DNA of 64,000 bases from positions 1,233,933 to 1,297,932 of the forward strand of contig CAVPBF010000004.1 of assembly GCA_963701845.1 (NCBI GenBank). The letters run 5' to 3'. A program made the position numbers and the translations under genes. The notes under the pieces are model-generated. The model worked only from the letters and a program-made list of their open reading frames with translations, ran no database searches and was not told where the DNA came from. This document shows, in pieces, positions 35,375 to 46,031 of this stretch. This stretch comes from an uncultured delta proteobacterium. Lineage in GTDB: Bacteria > Desulfobacterota > Desulfobaccia > Desulfobaccales > 0-14-0-80-60-11. Each line of letters opens with the position of its first letter. Within the stretch, counting starts at the first letter, position 1.

Positions 35375-37655
35375 ATGGCCGAATTCAAGCCCCCCATCCC
35401 GGCGGAGATCGCCGCCCAAGCCCTGGAAACCCTGGAGGGCGCGGTCGAGCGCCTCACCTTTGCCGACCCGGAAAACCACTATGCCGTGGTGCGCCTCAAG
35501 GTTAAGGGGGCGCGGCATCCGGTCACCGTGGTGGGGCCGCTGGCCGGCGGTCCAGGAGGGCGAGCAGCTCCACCTCAAGGGCACGCTACGAGATGCATCC
35601 CAAGTGGGGCGAGCAGTTCAAGGTGGTCTGGTGGTACGCGGTGCTCCCGGCCACGGTGGCCGGCATCGAAAGGTATCTGGCCTCGGGGCTGGTCAAGGGC
35701 GTCGGCCCGGAGATGGCCAAACGCCTGGTGGCCCGTTTCGGGGCCGAGACCCTGAGCGTCATCGATCAGCAGCCGGAGCGCCTCAAGGAGGTGCCCGGCT
35801 TCGGTCCCAAGCGGCTCGAACAGGTGCGCCGGGACTGGCAGGGCCACAAGAGATGCCCGGGACGTGGCTGGTGGCCCTGCAGGGACTGGGCGATGGGCCT
35901 GGCGCAGACCACCAAGATTTATCAGAAGTACGGCGCCCAGGCCCTGGAGGTGGTCACCACCAACCCTTACCAACTGGTCCTGGATATCCAGGGGCTGGGG
36001 TTTTTCACCGCCGACCACCTGGCCGGCCGCCTCAACCTGGACCCCCTGGCGCCGGCCCGCCTGGCCGCGGGCCTGCTCCACATCCTGGATACCTTCGCCT
36101 CCGAAGGCAACGTCTACGTCCCGGAAGACGAATTGCTGGATAAGGACCCAGGAATTGCTCCAGGTGGACGCGGCCGCCGCTGGTCCGGGCCCTGGAACTC
36201 CAGGCCCGGGAAGGCCGGCTGACCCTGCCGGATTTGCCGTGCGGCCGCGGGGTTTACAAACGGGTCGCCTGGGTGGCGGAAACCGGCGTGGCCCAGACCC
36301 TGGGGCGCCTGGCCACCGACCCCCGGCAGCGCCCCGCCCCTGCATCTGGAGGATCTGGTCTCCCAGGTGCAGGCCCGGCAGCGTATCGAACTCTCCCCGG
36401 AGCAGGCCCAGGCCGTGGCCGCGGCCCTGCAAGGAAAAGCTGCTGGTCATCACCGGCGGCCCCGGCACCGGCAAGACCACCATCATCAGTTGCATCCTGG
36501 ACCTCTACCAGGGTCTGGGGGCCCGGGTGCTCCTCATGGCCCCCACGGGCCGGGCCGCCAAACGCCTGAGCGAGACCACCGGGGCCCCGGCCACCACCAT
36601 TCACCGGGCCCTGGAGTTTTCCCCCCAGACCGGCGGCTTCAGGCGCGGTCCCGCCGAGCCCTTCAAGGCCGAAGTGGTGGTGGTGGACGAAACCTCCATG
36701 GTGGACATCTACCTGATGTACCACCTGCTCCGGGCCATCCCGCCCGACGCCCGCCTCATCCTGGTGGGCGACGCCCACCAGCTCCCGGCGGTGGGACCCG
36801 GCAACGTCCTCAAGGACCTGATGGACTCCGGGGTCGTCCAGGTGGTGCGCCTCACCCAGATTTACCGCCAGGCCAAGGAGAGCCTCATCGTGGTCAACGC
36901 CCACCGCATCAACCAGGGGGAGTATCCCGTCCTGCCCAAGCAGTTGGGCAAAGGCGATTTCGTCTTCATCGAAGCGGAGGAACCCGAGGAATCAACGGCC
37001 GCACTGCTGGACCTGGTGGGCCGAGGAACTGCCCCGGCGCTACGGCCTGGACCCCATGCGGGACCTCCAGGTGATCACCCCCATGCACCGGGGCGCCGGT
37101 GGGCATCCAGAACCTGAACCACGAGCTGCAGCAGCGCCTCAACCCCGACGGCCAGCGCCTGGCCCTGGGGCGGCCGGGTCTTCCGCCGCGGCGACAAGGT
37201 GATGCAGCTCAGGAACAATTATTACAAAGAGGTCTTCAACGGCGATATCGGCCTGGTGAGCGGCCTTGTGGCGGCCACCGGCCAGCTCCAGGTGGATTTT
37301 GACGGGCGGGTGGTGACCTATGACGCCGCGGCGAAGGACGAGGTCACCCTGGCCTACGCGGTGACGGTGCATAAGGCCCAGGGCAGCGAATTTCCCGGCG
37401 TGCTGCTGGTCCTGACCACCCATCACTATATGCTGCTGCAGCGCAACCTGCTTGTACACCGCCCTGACCCGGGGCCGCCGCCTGGTGGTGCTCCTGGGAA
37501 GCAAACGGGCCCTGGGCATGGCCATCCACAATGACCGGCCGGTGAAGCGTTATACGCATTTGGCCCTGCGCCTGCGGGAGACCCTGGCGCCCATCAAATC
37601 TCTAAAAATGCTTGACTTTCCCTCACGCAAGGGCACAATCAAATTTAATAAATAG
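35375..37655 (+). CDS. recD2: RecD2-type SF1B DNA helicase, at least 6 frameshifts
   Basis: N-terminal ...VERLTFADPENHYAVVRLKV..., HhH region GVGPEMAKRLVARFG, Walker A ITGGPGTGKTT, ...VVDETSMVD..., ...LVGDAHQLPAVGPG..., ...AYAVTVHKAQGSEF...YTALTRGRRLVVL. These are spread over three frames. Confidence 0.85.
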
Positions 37656-37661
37656 GGGATA

Positions 37662-37901
37662 TTGGTGGTTACCGATCTCTTCACTGTACTGGAACAGAAG
37701 CTGGAAATGGTGCTCGGTCAGACTGCCAGGCTGAAGGAGAGCCAATACCGTCTTGAAGAAACCCTGGCCGAAAAAGAACAAGCTCTCAAGGAGGCCGCAG
37801 GCCGCCCTGGAGAAGCTGTCCCAGGAGCGGGAACTGGTTCGGAACGGATCGATAAGATCCTCAACCGCTTAAAAATCATTGATACGGGAGAATCGGCATA
37901 A
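37662..37901 (+). CDS. zapB: ZapB-like coiled-coil cell-division protein (probable compensating frameshifts)
   Basis: LFTVLEQKLEMVLGQTARLKESQYRLEETLAEKEQALKEA... coiled coil immediately upstream of zapA. Confidence 0.5.
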   Translation: MVVTDLFTVLEQKLEMVLGQTARLKESQYRLEETLAEKEQALKEAAGRPGEAVPGAGTGSERIDKILNRLKIIDTGESA

Positions 37902-38211
37902 AACCGGGTCAGGAGCCACGCCGGTGACCGTGGAGATATTGGGGCGAACCTTCACTTTGAAGGGGAGCATACTCCTGAAGGCCTGCAAGCCGTGGCGCAG
38001 CAAGGTGGACGAGCAGCTCCGGGAGCTCCAGCGGGCCTTCCCCGCCAGCCCCCTGGCTGACTTGGCGATTCTGGCCGCATTGAACCTGGCATATGAATGC
38101 CTTGAAATCAAGGAGGATTACCAACAGCTCCAAGCCGACATTGAACAGCGGTCGAAACTATTGATTCAGATGCTGGAGACCCACGATTCCTATTTTCCTC
38201 CCGGTCCTTGA
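37879..38211 (+). CDS. zapA: Cell division protein ZapA
   Basis: VTVEILGRTFTLKG...VDEQLRELQRAFP...LAILAALNLAYE matches the ZapA family pattern. Confidence 0.7.
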   Translation: MIRENRHKTGSGATPVTVEILGRTFTLKGSILLKACKPWRSKVDEQLRELQRAFPASPLADLAILAALNLAYECLEIKEDYQQLQADIEQRSKLLIQMLETHDSYFPPGP

Positions 38212-38224
38212 GAGGAGCGGAGGA

Positions 38225-38520
38225 AAGCGGCATGGGGTGAGGGAGACGGGAGAACATATAACATTCCGGGCGGATTGAAGATATAACGCAGCGGTCAGAC
38301 ATATCGACCCATGCGGCAGGACCGTGAAGGCATTTTTACACCTGGGCCATCCCGGGAATCAGATATTGGCTTGAAGGGGGAAGTGGCCAAAACCAACGCC
38401 AAGCTTCGAATTGATTGAGAACCTCGTAGACTAAAAGTTTAACGGCTGTTCCACCGGAGCAGCCCCCAGTCCGCTAATTTCCGCCCGATCGCCTCTCCCG
38501 GCGGCTGCCCCCAGCCGCTA
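38225..38520 (+). ncRNA. Candidate structured ncRNA downstream of zapA (possibly 6S RNA/ssrS; boundaries unknown)
   Basis: 430 nt with no ORF. Nested long-range complementarity: 38266-74 ccgggcgga / 38480-87 tccgcccg; 38247-53 cgggaga / 38494-500 tctcccg; 38227-40 / 38505-18 imperfect. In many bacteria ssrS lies directly downstream of zapA. Confidence 0.3.
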
Positions 38521-38641
38521 CCCATCCACTTGCCTGCTCAGCGGAGTTCATCTCCCGGCATCGCCACCTCTGCGACCGGCGCCCTGACCCTAAAGGCAGG
38601 CGACTGCGCCGCAGTAAAGATATACGCACAAGGGAATTCCC

Positions 38642-40208
38642 ATGGATATATTGTCACACGTTTTGGTTGAAGGTATGGCCCTGGCTGCGGGCTTCGCCTC
38701 CGGTTTCTTCTATCGCAAATACATCATGGACGCACACCAGGAGTCCCTGGAGGCCCTGGGGAAGAAGATCCTGGATGAAGCCCGGAAAGAAGCGGACACC
38801 CTCAAGAAAGAGACCAAGCTGCAGGCCAAGGATCAACTCCTGCAGATGAAGATGGACTTCGAAAAGGAGACCCAGGACCGGCGCCAGGAACTCAATCAAT
38901 TGGAGCGGCGCCTCTTGCAAAAAGAGGAGCACCTGGAACGGAAGGGCGACTCCCTGGATGAGCGGGACGGCGAGCTCATCAAGAAACACAAGCAGGTGAG
39001 CCAGCGGGAGGAGGAACTCAAGGCCGAGATGGTCCGCTACGAGCAGTTGGTGGCGGAGCAAAACACCCGCCTGGAGCAGACTGGCCGGCATGAGCGCCAA
39101 CGAGGCCAAGGATTTACTGCTGCGGGCCATGGAACGGGAAATCCGGGCCGACGCCGCCCGCATGGTGAAACGCATCGAAACCGAGGCCCGGGAGCACGCC
39201 GACCGCAAGGCCAAGGAGATCATCGCCCTGGCCATCAAGCGCTACGCCTCGGATTATGTGGCGGAACAGACGGTGTCGGTGGTGGCCCTGCCCAACGAAG
39301 AGATGAAGGGCCGGATCATCGGCCGGGAAGGCCGCAACATCCGGGCCCTGGAGGCCGCCACCGGGGTGGACATCATCATTGACGACACCCCCGAGGCCGT
39401 GATCCTCAGCGCCTTTAACCCCATGCGCCGGGAAGTGGCCCGCCGCAGCCTGGAGCGCCTCATCTCCGACGGCCGCATCCATCCCGGGCGCATCGAAGAG
39501 ATCGTCGAGAAGGTCACCACCGGAGTTGGAAGACCAATATCCGGGAGGCCGGCGAAGAGGCCGCCTTCGACGCCGGGGTGCACGGCCTGCATCCCGAACT
39601 CATCAAGCTGCTGGGCAAGCTGAAGTTCCGCACCAGCTATGCCCAGAACGTCCTGCAGCACTCCGTGGAGGTCTGTTACCTCTGCGGCATCATGGCCGCC
39701 GAACTGGGCCTCAACGTCAAGCAGGCCAAGCGGGCCGGACTGCTGCATGACATCGGCAAGGCGGTGGATCAGGAGGCCGAAGGGGTGCACGCCCTGATCG
39801 GCGCCGACCTGGCCAAGCGCTACGGCGAATCCCCCAAGGTGGTGCACGTCATCGCCGCCCACCACGAAGACATCCCGCCGGAGAGCATCATGGCCGTGCT
39901 GGTCCAGGCCGCCGACACCCTGTCCGGGGCCCGTCCCGGGAGCCCGCCGGGAGATGCTGGAAACCTACGTCAAGCGCCTGGAAGACCTGGAGAAGGTGGC
40001 CCTCTCCTTCGGCGGCATCAGCAAGTCTTACGCCATTCAGGCCGGCCGGGAGATCCGGCTCATCGTCGAGTCCGAAAAGGTCAACGACGAGGAGGCGGTG
40101 CTGCTGAGCCGGGAGGTGGCCAAGAAGATCGAGCAGGACCTCACCTACCCCGGCCAGATCAAGGTCACCGTCATCCGGGAGACCCGGTCGGTGGAGTACG
40201 CCCGCTAG
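38642..40208 (+). CDS. rny: Ribonuclease Y, at least 4 frameshifts
   Basis: N-terminal TM plus coiled coil, KH domain ([15 protein letters not shown]), HD domain ([10 protein letters not shown]...AAHHE), C-terminal ...[11 protein letters not shown]...[12 protein letters not shown]. Confidence 0.9.
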
Positions 40209-40220
40209 GCGGCCCGGGAT

Positions 40221-41006
40221 ATGAATATCCTGTTTATCGGCGATATCGTCGGCGGCCCGGGCCGGCGGGCGGTGGAAGAGCTGCTGACCCGGGCTGGTGG
40301 ACCAGCATCTCATCGACCTGGTGGTGGCCAACGGGGAGAACGCCTCCGGCGGCATCGGCATCACCCCGCCGGTGGCCGACCAGCTCCTGAGTTACGGCAT
40401 CGACCTCCTCACCAGCGGCAACCACATCTGGAAGCACAAGGAGATCCTGCGCCTATCTGCAGGAGACCGACCGGCTGCTGCGCCCGGCCAACTATCCGCC
40501 GGGGAGCCCGGGGCGGGGCTACGCCATCGTGGAGACCGCCGCCGGGGAGAAGGCGGCCGTCATCAATCTGGAGGGCCGGGTCTTCATGGAACCCCTGGAC
40601 TGCCCCTTCCGCACCGTGGATGCCATCCTGAAAGAGCTGCCCAAGGAAATCAAGGTCATCCTGGTGGATATGCACGCCGAAGCCACCAGCGAGAAGCAGG
40701 CCCTGGGCTGGTTCCTGGACGGCCGGGTGAGCGCCGTGCTGGGCACCCATACCCACGTCCAGACCGCCGACGGCCGGGTCCTGCCCAATGGGCACCGGCT
40801 ACATCAGCGACGCCGGCATGACCGGCCCGGTGGACTCGGTCATCGGCATGCGCCGGGAGATCATCCTGGAGCGCTTCTGGAGCCAGCTGCCCCAACCTTT
40901 CAAAGTGGCCACCCAGAACATCCAATTACAGGGAGTATTGCTGAATATCGACTCCGGGGGCCGCTGCCGGGAGATTCGGGGCCTGCAGGTAGGGATTAAA
41001 TCGTAG
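40221..41006 (+). CDS. ymdB: YmdB-like metallophosphoesterase (TIGR00282), several frameshifts
   Basis: [18 protein letters not shown].. / ..[14 protein letters not shown].. / ..SGNHIWK.. / ..[11 protein letters not shown].. / ..[10 protein letters not shown].. / ..[11 protein letters not shown]... Follows rny, the same synteny as in Bacillus. Confidence 0.85.
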
Positions 41007-41451
41007 GGGCGCGCGGCGCACAGATATTGACGCCTGAGAGTGAGCCCTATTTCGCTGCCTGGCAGGTGCGCCGGGCGCACCCTGGATGAAAAATACTCCC
41101 GGTAAGTTCGACGCGCCGGCCTAAGGCCTCATCCGGTCCCCGGCGGCGGCCGGCCGGTCCCCAGGCCCTGCGGCTGCGGCTCCAGGACCAGGGCGCGGTT
41201 TTGCACCCTCATCCCCGCCTTTAGTCCCGGCTGAGATGCAGGGCCGACCTTGAAGCCGGTCCGCCGCCTGGCCGGTTTAAGACCCCTTGCGACCTGCCAG
41301 ATGTTTTGATCTCCGACCAATTAATCGTAAATACCTTATTAGCTACAGCGCCGGTGGCCCCTGCCTGAGCACGTCTTCCCCTTTGGCGATAATTCCATTA
41401 TTATTTTTTTTATTTTTTTTTATTATATATATATTTTTTGTCAAAATCCCC

Positions 41452-41480
41452 TTGACAAATTATTGTTGCGAAATTAATAT
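41452..41480 (+). promoter_or_regulatory. Sigma70-like promoter with upstream A/T tract (UP-like)
   Basis: ttgaca (41452-57), 17-nt spacer, taatat (41475-80), preceded by about 50 nt of near-pure A/T (41395-41445). Confidence 0.55.
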
Positions 41481-41494
41481 ACATTCAAATCTAA

Positions 41495-41600
41495 GAAAAT
41501 TCGAGCCAAACTCGCCGCGAGGTGAGGACGGAAAGCCACGGGTCTCAAGGATAGAGATGGCCGGGTTGCCTGCACAGGGTGACCCGGCTTTTATTTTTTA
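41495..41600 (+). promoter_or_regulatory. c-di-GMP-I (GEMM-I) riboswitch-like leader with terminator (copy 4)
   Basis: gaGCCAAAc-tcgcc-GCGA-ggtga-GGACGGAAAGCCACGGGTC..atGGCCGGGTTGCC. The terminator 3' strand is gtgacccggc followed by ttttatttttt. Confidence 0.75.
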
Positions 41601-41745
41601 TATGGGTCTCGGTACGGACCCAGGACTTGTTCCAGGCCTCCTGCAGCAAGCGGAGTTAAATTTCGGCCTTGAAAGCAGGGGATTGGCGGATTTCTACATC
41701 TTCGGGAAACAGCGGAATCGATTATTCTTCGAGAGGAGGAGAAAA

Positions 41746-42447
41746 ATGAGGGCCAAATTTTTACGAGTACTCTATGCTACCCTGCTTATAGTGGCAGCCG
41801 TGGCGCTTTTGCCGGGCCAATCGCAGGCGACCTTTTTCGACCTCACCACCAGTAACCCTTTGGTCAATGACTATATCGACTGGGCCCAATTGGGACCTAC
41901 TACTACCGTCTTACCTAATACTGTCACCGTGCAGACCGGGGTGTTTGGCCACAGCCTCACCATCTCGAGTAATGACGCCTTTGAACGGCTCGATCAAGGA
42001 AATGGCTGGAATGGCAATTTCGCCAACGGGGCTGCCTTGATCTGGACCGGCGAGAACAGCAACCAGATGACCCTGAATTTCGGCTCCACCAACCCGCTGT
42101 TCATCTTCGAAACCCAGATCCAGTCGGAATATTTTGGTTCCTTCACCGCTACCATCCAGGCTTACGATATTAATGGCAACCTCCTGCGCTCGTTCTCTGA
42201 GAGCGGGAATTCCAATCCGAATGGCGATAATTCCGCCATCGTCATCGGGCTCGCAGACAGTTTAAAAGAGATGACGAGTATTCGTCTCATCGTTACCGGC
42301 ACTGATCCCAACCCAGGAGCTTTTGCCATCAACCAGGTGGACCTGCTGGAATGCAATACCTCACCCGTCCCTCTGCCGCCCTCCGCGCTCCTGCTGGGCA
42401 GCGGTCTCCTGGGTCTCATCGCTCTGAGGGGACGCCGCAAGGCCTAA
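41746..42447 (+). CDS. PEP-CTERM sorting-domain secreted protein
   Basis: ATG is preceded by gagaggagga. Signal peptide ...LLPGQSQA. C-terminal SPVPLPPSALLLGSGLLGLIALRGRRKA, then the stop. Confidence 0.8.
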   Translation: MRAKFLRVLYATLLIVAAVALLPGQSQATFFDLTTSNPLVNDYIDWAQLGPTTTVLPNTVTVQTGVFGHSLTISSNDAFERLDQGNGWNGNFANGAALIWTGENSNQMTLNFGSTNPLFIFETQIQSEYFGSFTATIQAYDINGNLLRSFSESGNSNPNGDNSAIVIGLADSLKEMTSIRLIVTGTDPNPGAFAINQVDLLECNTSPVPLPPSALLLGSGLLGLIALRGRRKA

Positions 42448-42478
42448 TAAGCCGGATCCGAGAATAGCAACTTCACAG

Positions 42479-42511
42479 GCCCCCGGCGCTTAAGCAGCCG
42501 GGGGCTTTTTT
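42479..42511 (+). terminator. Intrinsic terminator
   Basis: gcccccggc-gcttaagca-gccgggggc followed by tttttt. Confidence 0.75.
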
Positions 42512-42689
42512 ATCGGGCCGGGATAGAGCCGTAACTTGCTCTTTAGAACCCCGGGGCGCTCTGTAAAAAACTGCCGGTAATTATTGTCATAAATTCTCTG
42601 ATTTTCTTGAGGCTCTCGATTTTCCTTTGCTTCTCCTGCTCCTCTGGTTTAATCTTTGGCAATCTTCGCTTTTGGAAGGAACGCCTATT

Positions 42690-43851
42690 ATGAAGATTCA
42701 TGAATATCAGGCCAAAGAATTGCTGCGGAAATTCCACGTACCGGTGCCCGAAGGCGCGGTGGCCGACACCAACCGGGAGGCCCGGCAGGTGGCCGAGGAA
42801 CTGGGGGCAGGCGCCCTTTGTGGTCAAGGCCCAGATCCATGCCGGCGGCCGCGGCAAAGGCGGCGGCATCAAGACCGCCGCGACCCCCGAGGAGGTGGAG
42901 CGGGTGGCGGACCAGATCCTGGGCATGACCCTGATCACCCACCAGACCGGCCCCGAAGGTAAGGTGGTCAACCAGGTCCTGGTGGAGCAGGCCCAGGATA
43001 TCGCCCAGGAGCTCTACCTGGGCATCGTCCCGGATCGCGGCCTGGGGCGGCCGGTGATTATGATGAGCGCCGCGGGCGGCATGGAGATCGAAGAGGTGGC
43101 GGCCCGCACCCCGGAGCTGATCATCAAAGAGGCGATCAATCCCATCACCGGCTGTATGGGCTATCAGGCCCGCAACCTGGCCTTCGGGATCGGGCTCGAC
43201 CCCGGTCTGCTGCGGTCCGCGGTGGGTTTCATCGAGAATCTCTACCGGATGTTCGTCACCCTGGACTGCTCCCTGGCGGAGATCAACCCGCTGGTGGTCA
43301 CCCAGGACGGCAGGCTGCTGGCCCTGGACGCCAAACTCAACTTCGACGACAACGCCCTGTTCCGGCACCACGAACTGGCGGCCCTGGAAGACCCCTCGGA
43401 GATGGACCCCCTGGAGTTTGAGGCCCGGAAGCACCACCTCAACTATATCCGCCTGACCGGCAACGTCGGGGCCATGGTGAACGGCGCCGGCCTGGCCATG
43501 GCCACCATGGACCTGATCAAGGCGGCCGGGGCCGAGCCCGCCAACTTCCTGGACGTGGGCGGCGGCGCCTCGGCGGAGATGGTGACCAACGGCTTTCGCA
43601 TCATCCTGGGCGACCCCAACGTCAAGGGCGTGCTCATCAATATCTTCGGCGGCATCCTGCGCTGTGACGTCCTGGCCAGCGGCGTGGTGGAGGCGGTGAA
43701 GACGGTGCAGGTCAAGGTGCCCATCATCGTCCGCCTGGAGGGGACCAACGTGGAGCAGGGCCGGGAGATCCTGAACACCTCCGGCCTCACCTTCACCGTG
43801 GCCACCGATATGCTGGATGCGGCCAAGAAGGTGGCGGCGCTGGTGGGGTGA
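42690..43851 (+). CDS. sucC: Succinate--CoA ligase (ADP-forming) beta subunit, one frameshift near 42805
   Basis: [22 protein letters not shown]... then ...[17 protein letters not shown]...NPL..T.DG...ALDAK...[16 protein letters not shown]. Confidence 0.9.
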
Positions 43852-43881
43852 AGAAGGCGGTTAACGATTTCGTCAGCACGG

Positions 43882-43906
43882 GCGCAGGCTAAAGCCTGCG
43901 GCTACA
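43882..43906 (-). repeat. REP-like element (GCGCAGGCTAAAGCCTGCGGCTACA class)
   Basis: Lies between sucC and sucD. Confidence 0.8.
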
Positions 43907-43919
43907 GAAAGGTTGTCAT

Positions 43920-44798
43920 ATGAGCGTTTTGGTCAATAACGATACACGCGTGGTGGTGCAGGGGGTTACCGGCAAGGAAGGCTCTTTCCATGCCCTGGCC
44001 TGCGCCCAGTACGGCACCAAGGTGGTGGCCGGGGTGACTCCGGGCAAGGGTGGCCAGAAGGTGGAGGCCATCCCGGTCTTCAACACCGTGGCCCAGGCCG
44101 TCAAGGAGACCGGAGCCAACACCTCCCTGATCTTCGTGCCCCCGGCCTTTGCCGCGGACGCCATCCTTGAGGCCGCGGCCGCCGGGGTCAGGGTGGCGGT
44201 CTGCATCACCGAAGGCATCCCCACCCTGGACATGATCAAGGTCATGGCGGCCCTCAAGGACAGCGGCTGCCGCCTCATCGGCCCCAACTGCCCGGGGATC
44301 ATCTCGCCGGGCCAGGCCAAGGTGGGCATCATGCCGGGGCATATCCACCGGCCCGGGCCCATGGGACTGGTCTCCCGCAGCGGCACCCTCACTTACGAAG
44401 CGGTGCACCAGATGACCCTGCTGGGGATCGGCCAGAGCACCTGCGTGGGTATCGGCGGCGACCCGATCATTGGAACAAATTTTATAGATATGCTACAATT
44501 GTTTCAGGATGACCCCCAGACCGAGGGCGTGGTGCTCATCGGCGAGATCGGCGGGGCCGCCGAAGAGGAGGCCGCCGCCTATATCTCCCGGCACGTCACC
44601 AAGCCGGTGGTGAGCTTCATCGCCGGCCAGACCGCGCCTCCCGGCAAACGCATGGGCCACGCCGGAGCCATCATCTCCGGGGGCAGCGGCAAGGCCGCCG
44701 ACAAGATGGCGGCCCTGACCCAGGCCGGAGTGACCGTGGTGGCCAACATCGGCGACCTGGGGCACAACGTCAAAAGGGTAATGGGGTATCGCGCCTGA
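43920..44798 (+). CDS. sucD: Succinate--CoA ligase alpha subunit
   Basis: ...[14 protein letters not shown]...GPNCPGII...SRSGTLTYE...[10 protein letters not shown]... Confidence 0.95.
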   Translation: MSVLVNNDTRVVVQGVTGKEGSFHALACAQYGTKVVAGVTPGKGGQKVEAIPVFNTVAQAVKETGANTSLIFVPPAFAADAILEAAAAGVRVAVCITEGIPTLDMIKVMAALKDSGCRLIGPNCPGIISPGQAKVGIMPGHIHRPGPMGLVSRSGTLTYEAVHQMTLLGIGQSTCVGIGGDPIIGTNFIDMLQLFQDDPQTEGVVLIGEIGGAAEEEAAAYISRHVTKPVVSFIAGQTAPPGKRMGHAGAIISGGSGKAADKMAALTQAGVTVVANIGDLGHNVKRVMGYRA

Positions 44799-44808
44799 CA
44801 ACCGACTG

Positions 44809-45366
44809 ATGAAAATCTTGCTGCACATCTGTTGCGCCCCTTGCGCCGTCTACCCGCTGGAAATCTTGAGGGCCTCGGGCCACCAGGTGCGCGGCTTTTT
44901 CTCCAACCCCAATATCCATCCCTACCAGGAGTATCTCCGGCGGGCCGCCACTTTGGAGACCTTTGCCGCCAAATTCGGCCTGCCGGTGATCTGGGACCGG
45001 AGCTACCCCCTGGAAGAATTCCTGCGAGACCTCGCCTTCCGGGAGACGGAGCGCTGCCGGTTTTGTTATTATCGCCGCCTGACCGCCACGGCCCGGGTAG
45101 CCCGGGGCGGCAAGTTCGACGGCTTCACCTCCACCCTCCTGTTCAGCAAATTCCAAAACCACGAACTCATCAAGGAATTGGGCCAGTTGGCGGTCCGGGA
45201 GGTGGGGGTGCCTTTTTATTACGAGGACTTTCGCAAGGGCTGGGCCGAGGGCCGGAAAAAGACCGAAAAGCTGGGGCTTTACAAGCAGCAATACTGCGGC
45301 TGCATCTTCAGCGAGCGGGACCGGTTCAGGCCGCCTGAGCCGGGGGGGCTGGCCAAGAAGCCCTAG
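44809..45366 (+). CDS. queH: Epoxyqueuosine reductase QueH (DUF208)
   Basis: MKILLHICCAPCAVYPLE...ERCRFCYYRRL...QQYCGCIFSE. Confidence 0.85.
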   Translation: MKILLHICCAPCAVYPLEILRASGHQVRGFFSNPNIHPYQEYLRRAATLETFAAKFGLPVIWDRSYPLEEFLRDLAFRETERCRFCYYRRLTATARVARGGKFDGFTSTLLFSKFQNHELIKELGQLAVREVGVPFYYEDFRKGWAEGRKKTEKLGLYKQQYCGCIFSERDRFRPPEPGGLAKKP

Positions 45367-45550
45367 ACGCCAGCCGCCGGGAGCGGCCGGGGTCGCCCCA
45401 AGCCCCTGCATTTTTCTTAAAGTTTAGGATAGTCCTGGACGAATATAGAGACGATGGATTGGCAGTTAGGAGCAGGCCGCCAGGGACGGCAAACTTGTAA
45501 TTTCCGATGGTCCGCAGGCTGATAAGCGCTGCGAGAGGACCCGTGCAACG

Positions 45551-45940
45551 ATGGACAATAGCCGTCTGACCCTGACGAATCGACCGGAAAACCTGCGCCT
45601 GCTGCTGGACTTCGTCCATAAATGGTCCAGGGATCGGAGTCTGCCCCCGGCCAGGCTCGATTCCCTGGAACTGGTGGCCGGCCAGATCTTCCGGCACCTG
45701 GTGGAGCACGCCTATCAGCCCGGCGAACCCGGCTCCATCGCGGTGGCCTTGGAGGAGAAGGGCCGCAGGTTGCGCCTGATGTTCGAAGACGACGCCAGGC
45801 CGCCGCTCACCGGCAACCCGAAGGCAGCCGATCCTCCCGGCAACCCGCCCCATCTCAACGGCTTGCAGCACTTGGCGGAAAGCCTCATCTACTACCGCAC
45901 CGCGGACCGGAAGAACCGCCTGGTGGTCTTCTTGAATTGA
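45551..45940 (+). CDS. Anti-sigma regulatory factor-like (HATPase-fold) protein, degenerate
   Basis: 129 aa. The pattern ...LELVAGQIFRHLVEHAY...IAVALEE.GRRLRLMFEDD resembles RsbW/SpoIIAB-like kinases, but no clear G-boxes are present. Confidence 0.35.
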   Translation: MDNSRLTLTNRPENLRLLLDFVHKWSRDRSLPPARLDSLELVAGQIFRHLVEHAYQPGEPGSIAVALEEKGRRLRLMFEDDARPPLTGNPKAADPPGNPPHLNGLQHLAESLIYYRTADRKNRLVVFLN

Positions 45941-46031
45941 GAGACCTAGAAGCGGCAGGTCCGCGCCCCAGAAATAGACGCCTGGGGCCACATATTCTGT
46001 TGCATGGAACGCCCCCTACAGCTCCCCTGAT

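Noticed and set aside
38212-38260. RNase P RNA, suggested by the gGAGGAAAGcgg motif, which resembles the conserved GAGGAAAGUCCGGGC of the P4 region.
   Set aside because: The following bases (cggcatgggg) do not match GUCCGGGC. No other RNase P conserved regions (for example the ACAGAA/AGGGUG-type elements) were seen in the 430-nt spacer.
41129-41320. 63-aa minus-strand ORF in the GC-rich part of the ymdB to PEP-CTERM spacer. It could be a gene or a degraded gene remnant.
   Set aside because: It has no motif and a low-complexity Pro/Gly/Arg composition. I could not relate it to any family, so I left it unannotated.
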